This document shows positions 6,509 through 16,661 of a stretch of DNA of 21,336 bases, one piece after another; the stretch's first letter is position 1; each line of letters begins with the position of its first letter. Both the position numbers and the translations under genes were made by a program. Under the pieces are notes generated by a model. It had not been told where the DNA came from. It made no database searches and was given only the letters and a program-made list of their open reading frames with translations. The stretch lies in IMG/VR virus record IMGVR_UViG_3300021185_002806. One strand, given 5' to 3'. Origin of the DNA: a virus.

Positions 6509-8309
6509 TAGGTACTCCTTCTACTGGTTTATTTGTATCAGTTAATTCTACTGCATCATCGTGAGAAAATGTAGTAAATCCGTTTTCTTTAATTACGTTA
6601 AGCACGTTTGTTACACGACCGTATAACTCGTCCCTGTGTGACACTAAAAAGATAGAACGATTTCTATCACGTTGCATCTTTTTAAGTGTTGCTAATGACG
6701 ACTCAACACCATTAGTATCCATACCACTATCAATAAGTTCATCAACAAATAGAACATTGATAGTACTATAAAGTGATTCATAGATATCACGGAATGCCCA
6801 TGATAGTCCTAGAATAAGTCTGTTACGTTCACCTCTGCTTAAGTTGTCAAAGTCAAGTTCACGACCTAACTCTGTAATTTCTACTGTCAAATCACTTAAG
6901 AATTTGACTTCATGTGGTAGACCTAGTTTATCAAGATACTTTTCTAACCGTGTATTTAAGTATGATAAGTTTTGGTCAATAATCTTTTTACGAATAAAAC
7001 TATCTTTGTTTGTTAATAGTTTCATTAAGAAGTCCTGATGTTCACGATAAGAAATAAGTGCGTTCATTGTATTGTAGTTTAATTCTTCTAAACTACTTTC
7101 ACGCATTTCTTTAATCTGTTCAGTGTACGGGTCTTCTTGTGTTTTCTTACTTTCAATTTGTTCCTTCAGCATACTAACTGAGTTTTGATGTTCGTATGCA
7201 TCATTTAAGTCTTCATAAAACACCGAAGGCTTGCTACCGAGTTCACCTACGTTATTTATTGTGGTAGTGTGTTCCTCTAGTTTTACATTATTTTCTGATA
7301 AATGACTGCGTGTATCTGCTAATAGTTCTTCTTTATCTTTTAGAATTTCTTCTTGTTTGCTATCGTGTACTTCTTGTCCACATGCAAAGCATTTATGGTC
7401 TTTGATAGATTCTATATCACCGACTACTCTTACTTCTAAATCAGAAAACTTTTTATTGTCGGCAGTAATACTTGTAACCCAACGGTTCGCTTCATCTAAC
7501 TTTGTTTTCTTATCATTGTATGCATTTAATAATTGATGATTAGCAATCTCTTGTTTGATATCTACATGAGATAATGCGTCTAGGGCAGATTCTAATTGAG
7601 TTAATTCTGTATCATGTTTATCATTCCATATACGTTGCCTACGTTCTATGTCTGTAATACTCTTTAGAATACGAGAATTTGCATCTTCTTTTGCCTTAAG
7701 ACTATATTCTTCATCTTTGATTTGGTCTTTTGTTTCTTTAACTACTTCCTTGAGTGCATCAGCTTTACGAGATAATTCTGTAATACCTAGAAGTTCTTCA
7801 ATCAACTCTCTTTGGTCGTTTGCTCTCATACTTAAGAAAGGTTCAGTATAGGTATTGAGTGCAACAATGTGCTTAAACATTGAATGAGAAATACCAATAA
7901 TAGAATCAACTTCTACTTGTGTTTGTCTCATTTCGCCTTGTGCTACATCATCGGCTGAATTTAAATCTATACCGTCTCTAATGAATCTGAATATATTAGG
8001 TCTACGTCCACGTTCAATCCTGTACTGACTTCCATTGAATTCAAAATCAATGGTGACAATCATGTTCTTACCATTTGTCTTATTAATTAGATTGTCTTTT
8101 CTAATATTAGTAAGTGCATTGCCATATATACCATATGAAAGTGCATTAATAAGTGTGGTCTTTCCTGTACCGTTACGAGAACCATCGCCTCCCAAGTCTA
8201 AGTTATTACCTAAAACGAGTGTTAATGCATCACGGTCCAGTATTACAGACTGCGTGACGTTACCTACACTCATGAAGTTTTTAACTGTTATATTCTTAAT
8301 CTTTAGCAA
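6501..8309 (-). CDS. gp46: Recombination endonuclease ATPase subunit (T4 gp46 / SbcC / Rad50)
   Basis: Walker A NGTGKTT, zinc hook CFAC, signature LSRGE, Walker B LFVDE, H-loop VSH. TTG start with a GAGG RBS. Confidence 0.93.
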   Translation of the reverse strand: MLKIKNITVKNFMSVGNVTQSVILDRDALTLVLGNNLDLGGDGSRNGTGKTTLINALSYGIYGNALTNIRKDNLINKTNGKNMIVTIDFEFNGSQYRIERGRRPNIFRFIRDGIDLNSADDVAQGEMRQTQVEVDSIIGISHSMFKHIVALNTYTEPFLSMRANDQRELIEELLGITELSRKADALKEVVKETKDQIKDEEYSLKAKEDANSRILKSITDIERRQRIWNDKHDTELTQLESALDALSHVDIKQEIANHQLLNAYNDKKTKLDEANRWVTSITADNKKFSDLEVRVVGDIESIKDHKCFACGQEVHDSKQEEILKDKEELLADTRSHLSENNVKLEEHTTTINNVGELGSKPSVFYEDLNDAYEHQNSVSMLKEQIESKKTQEDPYTEQIKEMRESSLEELNYNTMNALISYREHQDFLMKLLTNKDSFIRKKIIDQNLSYLNTRLEKYLDKLGLPHEVKFLSDLTVEITELGRELDFDNLSRGERNRLILGLSWAFRDIYESLYSTINVLFVDELIDSGMDTNGVESSLATLKKMQRDRNRSIFLVSHRDELYGRVTNVLNVIKENGFTTFSHDDAVELTDTNKPVEGVPNV

Positions 8310-8313
8310 ACGT

Positions 8314-8910
8314 TTACCTCTCTCTTGCGTATATTCCTGCTTGTATTGGGTCTACAGAAATTTCGTTAATATTAACATAATCTGGTTGATTAATCAACCA
8401 TAAAATTAAATCGGCTACATACTCTGTATCTAAAAACTTTCTATCAGGGTGTTTTTTCATCACACTTGGTGTAGTCAAACTGCCCGGTGACAAACATGTA
8501 GTCTTTATATTAGACCCACCCATTGTCATGTATGTTAGGTCACGATTGTAATCTCTTAATGCTTTCTTTTCAGTTGGGTATCTCCACGTTCTTCCTTTTA
8601 CACCTGTATCGGCTGTAGAACCCATATGTATCAAATATGCAGAATGCTTTTCTTCAACGCATTTTGCATAAACTTGTTCAGCAATCATAATTTGATGAAA
8701 CTTCCATATTGCGGAATTGTTAATAAAGATATCAAATTTATTATCTACAAAATAATCTGCTAGTCGTTTTTGTTCTGGACCTACGTCCAAATTCCAACCA
8801 TTGCTCCGACTGACAGTAGTATAGTTAATATCATCCACAGTATCAAACAGATTGCAAATACTCTTGCAAAGCCCATAGTCTCTGTTTCCTGTTATTAAAA
8901 CGTTTTTCAT
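8314..8910 (-). CDS. Short-chain dehydrogenase/reductase (SDR)
   Basis: VLITG...G nucleotide-binding motif, DIFINNSA, IHMGS, catalytic YPTEK (YxxxK), LSPG. Confidence 0.8.
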   Translation of the reverse strand: MKNVLITGNRDYGLCKSICNLFDTVDDINYTTVSRSNGWNLDVGPEQKRLADYFVDNKFDIFINNSAIWKFHQIMIAEQVYAKCVEEKHSAYLIHMGSTADTGVKGRTWRYPTEKKALRDYNRDLTYMTMGGSNIKTTCLSPGSLTTPSVMKKHPDRKFLDTEYVADLILWLINQPDYVNINEISVDPIQAGIYARER

Positions 8911-8912
8911 GT

Positions 8913-9929
8913 CTATAGATTTTGATATAGTTCTACGAGAACTTTTTTATTAAAGCTACCATTATCATCTATTGAGTTTAATTGTGATATCACAATTTCG
9001 TCAATAGTTTCAAAATGAATTTCAGCACCAGTGTCATCTTCGTGTTCAGTGTTTTTCATAGGTTGAAGTGTTATGTCTCGTAAGTCATATGCCTCAATGA
9101 ATGTATCTTTGATGAATGTTGCTTCTTCGTATGATATATCAATATCAAGTGAAATTCTTGCACTTGTTTTAGGTAACAAGTACGCAGATGGATTTTCAAG
9201 TAAGTTAGATAATGTGATGTTTTTATATTTAGGAGCATCAGGCCATGCAAAGAATTCTGGTTCTTTGTCCCATTCTAAGAACATCCAACCACGGTCATCG
9301 TCTCCTGCGTCAGAGAAGTTATGTGGGAATGCATTACCTGTGTATATCACATTACCTTTTACTTGACGATGATGAAAATGTCCACTAAAAACAAAGTCTT
9401 GGTGTTCAAACATTTCACTTTTCAGACCACCATGGTCTGGCATTTCTACCATTGCGTTTAACTTAAACGTAGGTAGTTCAAAGTGACCAAACATATACTT
9501 TGTTTTAATTTTCGGAATTTTTTTCCATTCATCACCAACTAACCACGGAACAATAGCTACATCATCTTGTACAAATTGTTCATTGATTAGTACTATATTA
9601 GGTAATTCTTTTGCAAACTCAACTGAGTTAACGTCACGTGTTTCACGATAGAATAAATCATGGTTGCCTAAGATAAAGTAAACTTTTTCAAAAGCATCGT
9701 TGAGTTTTCTTAAGCCTGCAAGACTGTACTTCATAGTTGAAATATTCAGACTGGCTCTGTTATGATGCCAATCTCCGCCAAATATACAGGTTTCGCACCC
9801 TTTTGATTTAGCTTCTCCTATGACCCAATCAATGAATTCGTCACAATCTTGATTGTGTAGGCGTGCATTGTTACGCATGCCATAGTGAATATCAGTGAAC
9901 CAAGCGGCTTTGTTGAAAAGATTAGTCAT
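8913..9929 (-). CDS. gp47: Recombination endonuclease nuclease subunit (T4 gp47 / SbcD / Mre11)
   Basis: Metallophosphoesterase motifs TDIHYG, GDWHH, GNHD, GHF and SGHFH. Start reassigned to MTNLF (9929), overlapping the gp55 stop. Confidence 0.92.
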   Translation of the reverse strand: MTNLFNKAAWFTDIHYGMRNNARLHNQDCDEFIDWVIGEAKSKGCETCIFGGDWHHNRASLNISTMKYSLAGLRKLNDAFEKVYFILGNHDLFYRETRDVNSVEFAKELPNIVLINEQFVQDDVAIVPWLVGDEWKKIPKIKTKYMFGHFELPTFKLNAMVEMPDHGGLKSEMFEHQDFVFSGHFHHRQVKGNVIYTGNAFPHNFSDAGDDDRGWMFLEWDKEPEFFAWPDAPKYKNITLSNLLENPSAYLLPKTSARISLDIDISYEEATFIKDTFIEAYDLRDITLQPMKNTEHEDDTGAEIHFETIDEIVISQLNSIDDNGSFNKKVLVELYQNL

Positions 9930-10794
9930 TGTCAGCGTAAATCTCTTTGATAGTTTCTGTTGGGATTTGTTCATCAGTAATTCTTGTTTTAATTACTTTT
10001 TGCCATCTTTCCTGAGACTTCATTTCATGTTCTAATTGTCTAGTCCAACTTGGCATCTGACCTGATTTCTCTAATAGGTCGTCACGAATGCCTTGATTTT
10101 TCTTTTCAGTGTTTAGAACACGTGTAAATGAATTGTTTACAGCCGCTGTATAATATGCGAATGGGTTATCACTCTTTGCTTCATTGAACTGTAATCCAAT
10201 CTGTGCAAGTTGTAATAATGCCTGTCCACGCATTTCGTCAATATACGTATAGCCTCTCCAGTTACTTCTTTGAGAATAACGCTCGACTAATTTGATATAC
10301 ATGTTGGCTAACGTTGCCGTAATCTTACCGCCACGTAAATCAAACTCTTTGTCTTTGTTATGATGTGAATATGCTACTTCTCTTACACCTTTCCCTTCAA
10401 TTACATAATGCTTGAATGGTGGGAAATGCAATTTCACTTTATGGTCTGCAATAGTCTTTGGGTTTGCTTTACGGCCAGGTTCATCTGGAATATGGTCGAA
10501 AGTCATAACTCTGAAAACCAACGATTCTTTTTCGAAAGATGCTGGATCTACTGCAAAGTCTACTTGTCTTTTCTTTTTATCTTCATTTAAGTCCCAAGCG
10601 GCCTTTTGTAATCTGTTTGCCCGATTGGTTCTTGCTTGTTCTTCTGCTTGATGAATTTCACTTACATCATCTAAGATGATATCATGTTGATGATGCAAAT
10701 CTCTGTTTTCAAACCAACTAAAGTTGGCTTTAGAGATATGAATTTCTTTCAGCATATCTTTGTTGTTTAAATAATTTTGACCTCTACGTGCCAT
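9922..10794 (-). CDS. gp55: Late-transcription sigma factor (T4 gp55-like)
   Basis: NYLNNKDML, NWRGYTYIDEM, KSDNPFAYYT, F.RVLN.EKK. Start MARRGQ at 10794 with an AGGAG RBS. T4 synteny 55-47-46. Confidence 0.85.
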   Translation of the reverse strand: MARRGQNYLNNKDMLKEIHISKANFSWFENRDLHHQHDIILDDVSEIHQAEEQARTNRANRLQKAAWDLNEDKKKRQVDFAVDPASFEKESLVFRVMTFDHIPDEPGRKANPKTIADHKVKLHFPPFKHYVIEGKGVREVAYSHHNKDKEFDLRGGKITATLANMYIKLVERYSQRSNWRGYTYIDEMRGQALLQLAQIGLQFNEAKSDNPFAYYTAAVNNSFTRVLNTEKKNQGIRDDLLEKSGQMPSWTRQLEHEMKSQERWQKVIKTRITDEQIPTETIKEIYADND

Positions 10795-10819
10795 GGTTTT
10801 GCTCCTATTAATATTATTA

Positions 10820-10848
10820 ATTATAATACATATGAAAACCAATGTCAA
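10820..10848 (-). promoter_or_regulatory. Consensus sigma70 promoter for the gp55-47-SDR-46 operon
   Basis: TTGACA (10848-10843), 17 nt, TATAAT (10825-10820). Confidence 0.75.
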
Positions 10849-10866
10849 GTGCTAATTGTATATATT

Positions 10867-10886
10867 CTTAAACTTCGAAGTTTAAG
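10867..10886. promoter_or_regulatory. Palindromic operator-like site CTTAAACTTCGAAGTTTAAG
   Basis: Perfect 20-bp palindrome whose core matches 2733-2748. Confidence 0.6.
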
Positions 10887-10890
10887 TAAC

Positions 10891-10898
10891 GATAAATA
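10891..10898 (+). promoter_or_regulatory. T4-type late promoter GATAAATA for the baseplate operon
   Basis: 20 nt upstream of the ATG at 10919, with AAGGAG in between. Confidence 0.65.
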
Positions 10899-10918
10899 CA
10901 AGAAACAAGGAGTATAAC

Positions 10919-11488
10919 ATGGATAATATCTACAAAGAACAACAGCCCGTAACTATACGTGACCCTAGTGGTCGTTTAGGTGCGTCTGGGCTTGGTGCAA
11001 TGCAATTTCCGTATACACCAACGATAACAGTGTTGACAAGTACTGGGTATAGTTCATATGACCTATCGCATACAAACTTTCAACAAAGAGCGTTTGATAT
11101 GTCTTCAAATACAGAATTTAACATGACAGCTCCTATTATTGTTCGCAGTGAACAAGAAGCAGACACAGTATTACAGATGGCCAACTTTATGAGGGGTGCA
11201 TTAAAGATGGATTTCGGTATGCAGTCAGCAAATGCTGGATTACCCCCACCGATATTAAGGTTAGATGCACATGGTATTTACACAAATGTTCCCGTGCTAA
11301 TAAGAGACTTTACGTGGAACTTAGACTCTGATATTGACTATATTAATACAAGAAGCGGCGCAAGAGTTCCAGTACAAAATATGTTTGTTATGTCATTGAC
11401 TACAACATATTCTCCAAAGAACGTTAGAGAAAACTTTACTATGAATGATTATTTGAATGGGCGTTTAGCTAGTAAGGGGTATGTATAA
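10919..11488 (+). CDS. Baseplate tail-tube initiator-like protein (gp48/gp54-like)
   Basis: FPYTPTI...Y.LSHTNF, G.PPPILRL and NVPVLI..F motifs; lies directly before the LysM/gp53 gene. Confidence 0.55.
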   Translation: MDNIYKEQQPVTIRDPSGRLGASGLGAMQFPYTPTITVLTSTGYSSYDLSHTNFQQRAFDMSSNTEFNMTAPIIVRSEQEADTVLQMANFMRGALKMDFGMQSANAGLPPPILRLDAHGIYTNVPVLIRDFTWNLDSDIDYINTRSGARVPVQNMFVMSLTTTYSPKNVRENFTMNDYLNGRLASKGYV

Positions 11489-11781
11489 TGGCATATGATC
11501 CAACTTCACCGTGGAAGAAAACTGCGGTAATAAAAAATAAAGTACTAGACATACAAAATCCTGTCTACTTACAAAAAAGTGCGTTAGACGAAACGTATAC
11601 TATACCACAGAACTACAATCTTAGACCTGATTTGTGTAGTTATGACCTATATGGTACTTCCAAATACTGGTGGGTTTTTGCTAAAAGAAATCCTGATACT
11701 ATTCAGGACCCGATAAACGATTTCACAGCGGGTACTAAAATTAAAATACCTAGCAAAAATCAATTAGACGAAATGAAGTAG
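11488..11781 (+). CDS. Baseplate wedge protein with LysM-like fold (T4 gp53-like)
   Basis: RPDLCSYDLYGTSKYWWVFAKRNPD...DF.AG..IKIP. Confidence 0.8.
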   Translation: MAYDPTSPWKKTAVIKNKVLDIQNPVYLQKSALDETYTIPQNYNLRPDLCSYDLYGTSKYWWVFAKRNPDTIQDPINDFTAGTKIKIPSKNQLDEMK

Positions 11782-11787
11782 TGTACA

Positions 11788-14700
11788 ATGGCAGTCAGAA
11801 GCGTAAGAAATAATAACCCAGGTAACATCAGAAGCAATGCAACAGCATGGCAAGGTGCAACAGGTGGCGATGGTTCATTTGTTTCATTTGCTACGCCTGA
11901 GCATGGAGTAAGGGCTTTAGGCAAAACGCTAGAAACTTACCAAGATAGGCACGGACTAACTGATGTAGAGGGAATGATTCAACGTTGGGCTCCTCCTAAT
12001 GAAAATGATACATCTGGATATGTAGATTTTGTAGCAAATAAAATGGGAATAGATAAAAATACTCCTATTGATTTATCTGCTAATCCAGAACTAGCAGAAA
12101 AAATGGTAAGTGCAATGATTCAAAAAGAAGGCGGAAATGAAGCATCTGCCTATTTCGCAGACAGTATCGGTACTGGGTTGGACATGGCATATGGTAATAT
12201 ACCTGATAGTTCTCCTGTTATTGATGATGATACTCAGCGTGATTTATTTTCAAATGGCGAACAGCTTAGTGAACCCCCAACTCAAGGAATTGACGATACG
12301 AGAAGCCTAAAAAGTAATGCGATATCTGGTTCAGGAAGTTTGTCCAGTTTATTAAAAAATATGGAATCGAATAATTTATTTTGGGAAAATGAATTAGATG
12401 CGTTTGAACATTATACTTACAATTTAGATTTGTTTGTTGTTAACCAACAAGAAGCAAATAAGTTTCTTGCCTATGAACAGACTCCACAACTTATAGACGA
12501 TGTGGTAAACGATGCTTGGCCTACTAACAACATGAATGTGATTACGATAGCAAGAACGGGCGTCACCACAGAATTAAACATTACAGATTTAACTATCACT
12601 AGTGTCGGTAACGGAACTGGTTCAGCATCAAAAATGGCAGGTACTGCCACTAATTTACAATTTACTATCAGCCAAGTTGGCGGAACTTCTTTGCCTGATA
12701 TGTTACAAAACAGTATTTTATTGTGCGGATATCCTGACTTACAGAATGCAATATTCTTTATGAAAGTACGCTTTAAGGGTTATGATGAAAGTGGCAACCA
12801 AGTTAGAAACTTACCCGCTACAAAAATATTCCCATTTGTTATTACAAAATATAATGAACTACAATCTCAAACAGAAAGTAAAGGTACAAACTTAATATTA
12901 GATGGTACAATCGTAAATGATAAAGTAGTAGCTGATACTGAACTGTCTCAAATGGATTATAACTTTGAATTTGATGTTGCGGCTACCTTAGAAGAAACAC
13001 TAGACAACTTCTTTAAAAAACTAAACGCAAAGATAGAAGAAAAAGCAGTAACGTCAAACTCAGATTTTATTAATGAATATAATTTCGAAATGTCTGACGA
13101 TTTTAAACAAATGTTTGGTCAAGGCCAAATGACTTCTCCGGATGTTCCCAATACTTCATCTGGAAATAATGAAACATCTGAAACAGCTAGTGTTAAAATA
13201 GGACAGCAAACTGGTGTTATAACGCCTGGTTCATCTATATATAATGCAATAGAAAGTATTTGTTTAAACTCAAGTTTAATTAGAGAAGCACTAACTGATG
13301 ATTCTCCTCAACTATCAAACTTGTTTAGAGTTCTACCACATGCAACACCTAAGTTAGGTGGCTATAATGTATTGACAAGTAAACAAACTTATGAAGTAAA
13401 TTATTTTTTAACTGTGCAAAAAAGTTTAATAGTACAAAATCAATCACACAACGCAAAGCTAACAGAAGATACTGCAAAAGTTTTAAGAAGTATATTCTTA
13501 GAAGGTCATTGTAATAAAAGATATTACTATCAATATACTGGTAGGAATGAACACATATTAGATTTAACTATATCACTGGATAATCAACTTCAAAAAGCAT
13601 ACGTAAAACCTAGCGATACCTACATGGCAAATGGTTTCTTAGAAGCAGTTGGAGATTGGCGTACACAAATCGATGAAAGAGCCCAACAGAAGCTAACAGA
13701 ACTGGAAGAAGAGTCTGGAACATTGGGTGAAACACTTAGAATGCATAGAGCAAACGCTCGAACACTTGAAGGACAATTTGCAGACCTTAGTGCAGAAGTA
13801 CGAAACGAATTCAGAGACAGACTTATGAGTCGTGTTGGTGGACCAGGAGAGGCCGCCGAAGCACAAAAAATATATGAACAAATTCAAAATGCTGATGCAA
13901 ATCAAATGATGAGTATGTTTGATGAAGATTCACAAGAGTATGAAATTCTTCAAGATATTATGAAGGGAGAAGTTCGTGAAAATCGTAACAAGCTATTTAA
14001 TCAAATACAAGATTCAAACCAAAGTCAAAATGATTTACTAAGAGAAGAAAAAGAAAATGAAATTGCACAAAATGACTTAATGCGTGAGGCATTGGGACAA
14101 CTATACTCAACTAAAATTATTGAAAGCACTTCAACCATCGGAGACAATTGGAATGACTTGGGATTATTCCCTGGCAGTGAAGGACAGGAACTTATACTTA
14201 CTGAAAATTTAGATAAAGAAATGATTAGTAAATTAAGTCTTGACCAATTTGATAGTTTATTAAAAGCACTTGTAGAAAACCCAGTTAACTTTTCACGTAT
14301 TACTAAATCATTATTAGAAAATCCTACTAACTTGAATGTTATTAAATCGGCTGACCAAGAAGATATTGAACTTGCACAAGCAAAATATTATGAAGGAAGA
14401 AATAATAATTTAAGTATGATGAATGCACAAATGACTATCAAAGGAGACCCATATTGGGTAGATAGCGTGTATTCTCCTTCTATGATAAAAGCAAAATACG
14501 GCAATGCAAATGCACTTGATGAATATAAAATGCATTCTACGAATATTAATGGAGTAAATTATCTTATCTTAGTTACAGATAAAGCAGAAGGCGTTTATTT
14601 AAATAACCCAGAGAGAGTAGGACTAGATGCAGAAAATTATGATGGAATAAAAAAGACACGACTAATGACTAGTGTATATTCTGTTAACTCAGTTATTAGT

Positions 14701-16653
14701 TCATTCAGTGGTGGATTATTTACACAAACATTACAAATGGTAAAGATACCAGCGGCGGAAGAATTTCAAACAGTAGATGCAGTACTAGGAGCTCCTAATC
14801 CAGAATTAATGTCAGACGGTTATTTTCAATTACCAGTACAAGATAGATTAGGACTCAATGATGGAGGCGATGCTGTTGTGAATCCAAATGCAAAAGAAGA
14901 CGCGGAAGCAAAAGAATTTGCAGATGATATAGTTGCACCACAGGGCGCAGGTACTGGAATAACACCAGAGGGCGATGTGTATGTAGTTGATATAGATGGT
15001 GCGGGACCGCATGCGGTCATGGCATTACAAACTGCAACAAATAACTTTCTTGAACCTTCAAACCAAAACGATTACGCAGTTCCAAATGAATCAGTTGCAA
15101 AACAATTAGCACTTGCTAGACAACAGGCCGAGGGACTATGTGCATTAGGTCATGAACAATCTTGTATTGCGGTACAACAATCTGCACAAAAGATTGCAAA
15201 AAGATTAGCAGACGATTATCAAACAGGAAATGAGTCAGTATCGGATGCAACTCGAAATGCTTACAATGAAGCCATAGACGAAGGTTATACTGTAACAGCA
15301 CAAACTATGGCAGAGATAGACCACGCACTTGAGGCAACTGAAAATGCAACCGTGGGAACAACTGTAACAGGATTAGACCAAGAAGCACTAACTAAGGTAA
15401 ACGAAGCAAATCGAATAGAATCAGAACGATACCTTAAAGGCGAGGATGATATTATAAAAGATCCACAATCAATAATGTCTGATTTAGAAACGATAGATGT
15501 GAATGACCCTAACACAACCAATGCAGAAAAGGCGGCAAGTATCAATGGTGCCGCGTCAATTCTTGACGGTACTGTTCCAATAGAAAATCACGGACATCAG
15601 GTAAACGTAGAAAGTTACCGAACAGGACTTGGCACAAGAAATTATTCAGTTGATGTTGGGCTTAATACTCTTACAGTAAACGAAGCAGACAAAGTTTCAG
15701 CATTGAACCAAAAAGCCATTAATATTATCGATGGCAGAAGTTTACATGATTTAACAGACCAAGAATATTCGGAAGTCAAAGCAATAGAAAGCACTATTGA
15801 TACAATTACAACAAACGCAACCTCAGGAACTAGAGGAGAGGCAATAGATGCATTGAAGAAACAAAAGAAATTAGAGTTGCTAAATGAAAAAGAAGCAGAA
15901 CTAAAAGACACAGAAGAAAGATTAGAGAGTTGGTATTGGACAGAAGCAGGAAGAGAAAGTGACGAAGAACTTGCATCTAAATTACAAACCGAAGTAAATG
16001 ATATAAGAAGTGATTTAAGTTCAACCGATGGTGTAACTACTGGTATAATACCAGTTGAAGAAAATGGCGAAATTAAATATGAAAATGTTGCAGTACCAAT
16101 CAAAGAACCAAATGCTACTGCACCTATAATAGTAGTTGAAACACTTGGTGATAGGACTGGCACATCAATTTCTAACAGTAATATAGTTGATGCAATATCA
16201 GACGGAGAAGTGTCTGCTTCACAAGTTGCACAATATACTAATGCAAAAGATGTGTACAATGATATATTAACCAAAGTTGAAGCGGCACCAAGAACAACAT
16301 TAACAGAAACTTTTGATGGAGAAACTTACACCTCGCAAGTATTAGATTACAGTGCAATTGGTCCTATAACATATAGAGACTCTTCAGGAACAATACAAAC
16401 GATAACAGACCCAGTAACACATTTTGGATTAGTCGATTCAACTGCGCCTGTTGGATCATTTGAATATTATAAACCTGGACTAAACCCAATGAATTTAAAA
16501 AATACAATAGCCAATGAGTACCCAGATATTGCGGTAACAACTGCATCGGGAGTTGCAAATGAAGATAGTAGAAACCCAGAAACTGGTGCATTGCAAATAG
16601 GCGTTCGATTTAATGCCGCTGATTTTGTGATAGTTAACCCACCAACGCCGTAG
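11788..16653 (+). CDS. Giant baseplate hub-like protein (gp27-like) with an N-terminal putative cell-wall hydrolase domain
   Basis: N-terminal RNNNPGNIR...FATPEHGVRA...RWAPPNENDT..Y domain. Hub-like IKGDPYW and YSVNSVISSFSGGLFTQTL motifs. Lies between gp53 and gp5. Confidence 0.6.
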   Translation: MAVRSVRNNNPGNIRSNATAWQGATGGDGSFVSFATPEHGVRALGKTLETYQDRHGLTDVEGMIQRWAPPNENDTSGYVDFVANKMGIDKNTPIDLSANPELAEKMVSAMIQKEGGNEASAYFADSIGTGLDMAYGNIPDSSPVIDDDTQRDLFSNGEQLSEPPTQGIDDTRSLKSNAISGSGSLSSLLKNMESNNLFWENELDAFEHYTYNLDLFVVNQQEANKFLAYEQTPQLIDDVVNDAWPTNNMNVITIARTGVTTELNITDLTITSVGNGTGSASKMAGTATNLQFTISQVGGTSLPDMLQNSILLCGYPDLQNAIFFMKVRFKGYDESGNQVRNLPATKIFPFVITKYNELQSQTESKGTNLILDGTIVNDKVVADTELSQMDYNFEFDVAATLEETLDNFFKKLNAKIEEKAVTSNSDFINEYNFEMSDDFKQMFGQGQMTSPDVPNTSSGNNETSETASVKIGQQTGVITPGSSIYNAIESICLNSSLIREALTDDSPQLSNLFRVLPHATPKLGGYNVLTSKQTYEVNYFLTVQKSLIVQNQSHNAKLTEDTAKVLRSIFLEGHCNKRYYYQYTGRNEHILDLTISLDNQLQKAYVKPSDTYMANGFLEAVGDWRTQIDERAQQKLTELEEESGTLGETLRMHRANARTLEGQFADLSAEVRNEFRDRLMSRVGGPGEAAEAQKIYEQIQNADANQMMSMFDEDSQEYEILQDIMKGEVRENRNKLFNQIQDSNQSQNDLLREEKENEIAQNDLMREALGQLYSTKIIESTSTIGDNWNDLGLFPGSEGQELILTENLDKEMISKLSLDQFDSLLKALVENPVNFSRITKSLLENPTNLNVIKSADQEDIELAQAKYYEGRNNNLSMMNAQMTIKGDPYWVDSVYSPSMIKAKYGNANALDEYKMHSTNINGVNYLILVTDKAEGVYLNNPERVGLDAENYDGIKKTRLMTSVYSVNSVISSFSGGLFTQTLQMVKIPAAEEFQTVDAVLGAPNPELMSDGYFQLPVQDRLGLNDGGDAVVNPNAKEDAEAKEFADDIVAPQGAGTGITPEGDVYVVDIDGAGPHAVMALQTATNNFLEPSNQNDYAVPNESVAKQLALARQQAEGLCALGHEQSCIAVQQSAQKIAKRLADDYQTGNESVSDATRNAYNEAIDEGYTVTAQTMAEIDHALEATENATVGTTVTGLDQEALTKVNEANRIESERYLKGEDDIIKDPQSIMSDLETIDVNDPNTTNAEKAASINGAASILDGTVPIENHGHQVNVESYRTGLGTRNYSVDVGLNTLTVNEADKVSALNQKAINIIDGRSLHDLTDQEYSEVKAIESTIDTITTNATSGTRGEAIDALKKQKKLELLNEKEAELKDTEERLESWYWTEAGRESDEELASKLQTEVNDIRSDLSSTDGVTTGIIPVEENGEIKYENVAVPIKEPNATAPIIVVETLGDRTGTSISNSNIVDAISDGEVSASQVAQYTNAKDVYNDILTKVEAAPRTTLTETFDGETYTSQVLDYSAIGPITYRDSSGTIQTITDPVTHFGLVDSTAPVGSFEYYKPGLNPMNLKNTIANEYPDIAVTTASGVANEDSRNPETGALQIGVRFNAADFVIVNPPTP

Positions 16654-16661
16654 GAAATAGA

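Noticed and set aside
4920-10651. Alternative ORFs 4920, 5301, 6844, 7648, 8035, 9073, 10408 and 10412
   Set aside because: They overlap better-supported genes and have shadow-like Ser/Leu/Phe-rich composition.
9930-10848. Longer ORF-track starts for gp47 (9974) and gp55 (10848)
   Set aside because: The gp55 extension runs over its own promoter and a strong RBS sits at 10794. The gp47 extension overlaps gp55 more than needed.
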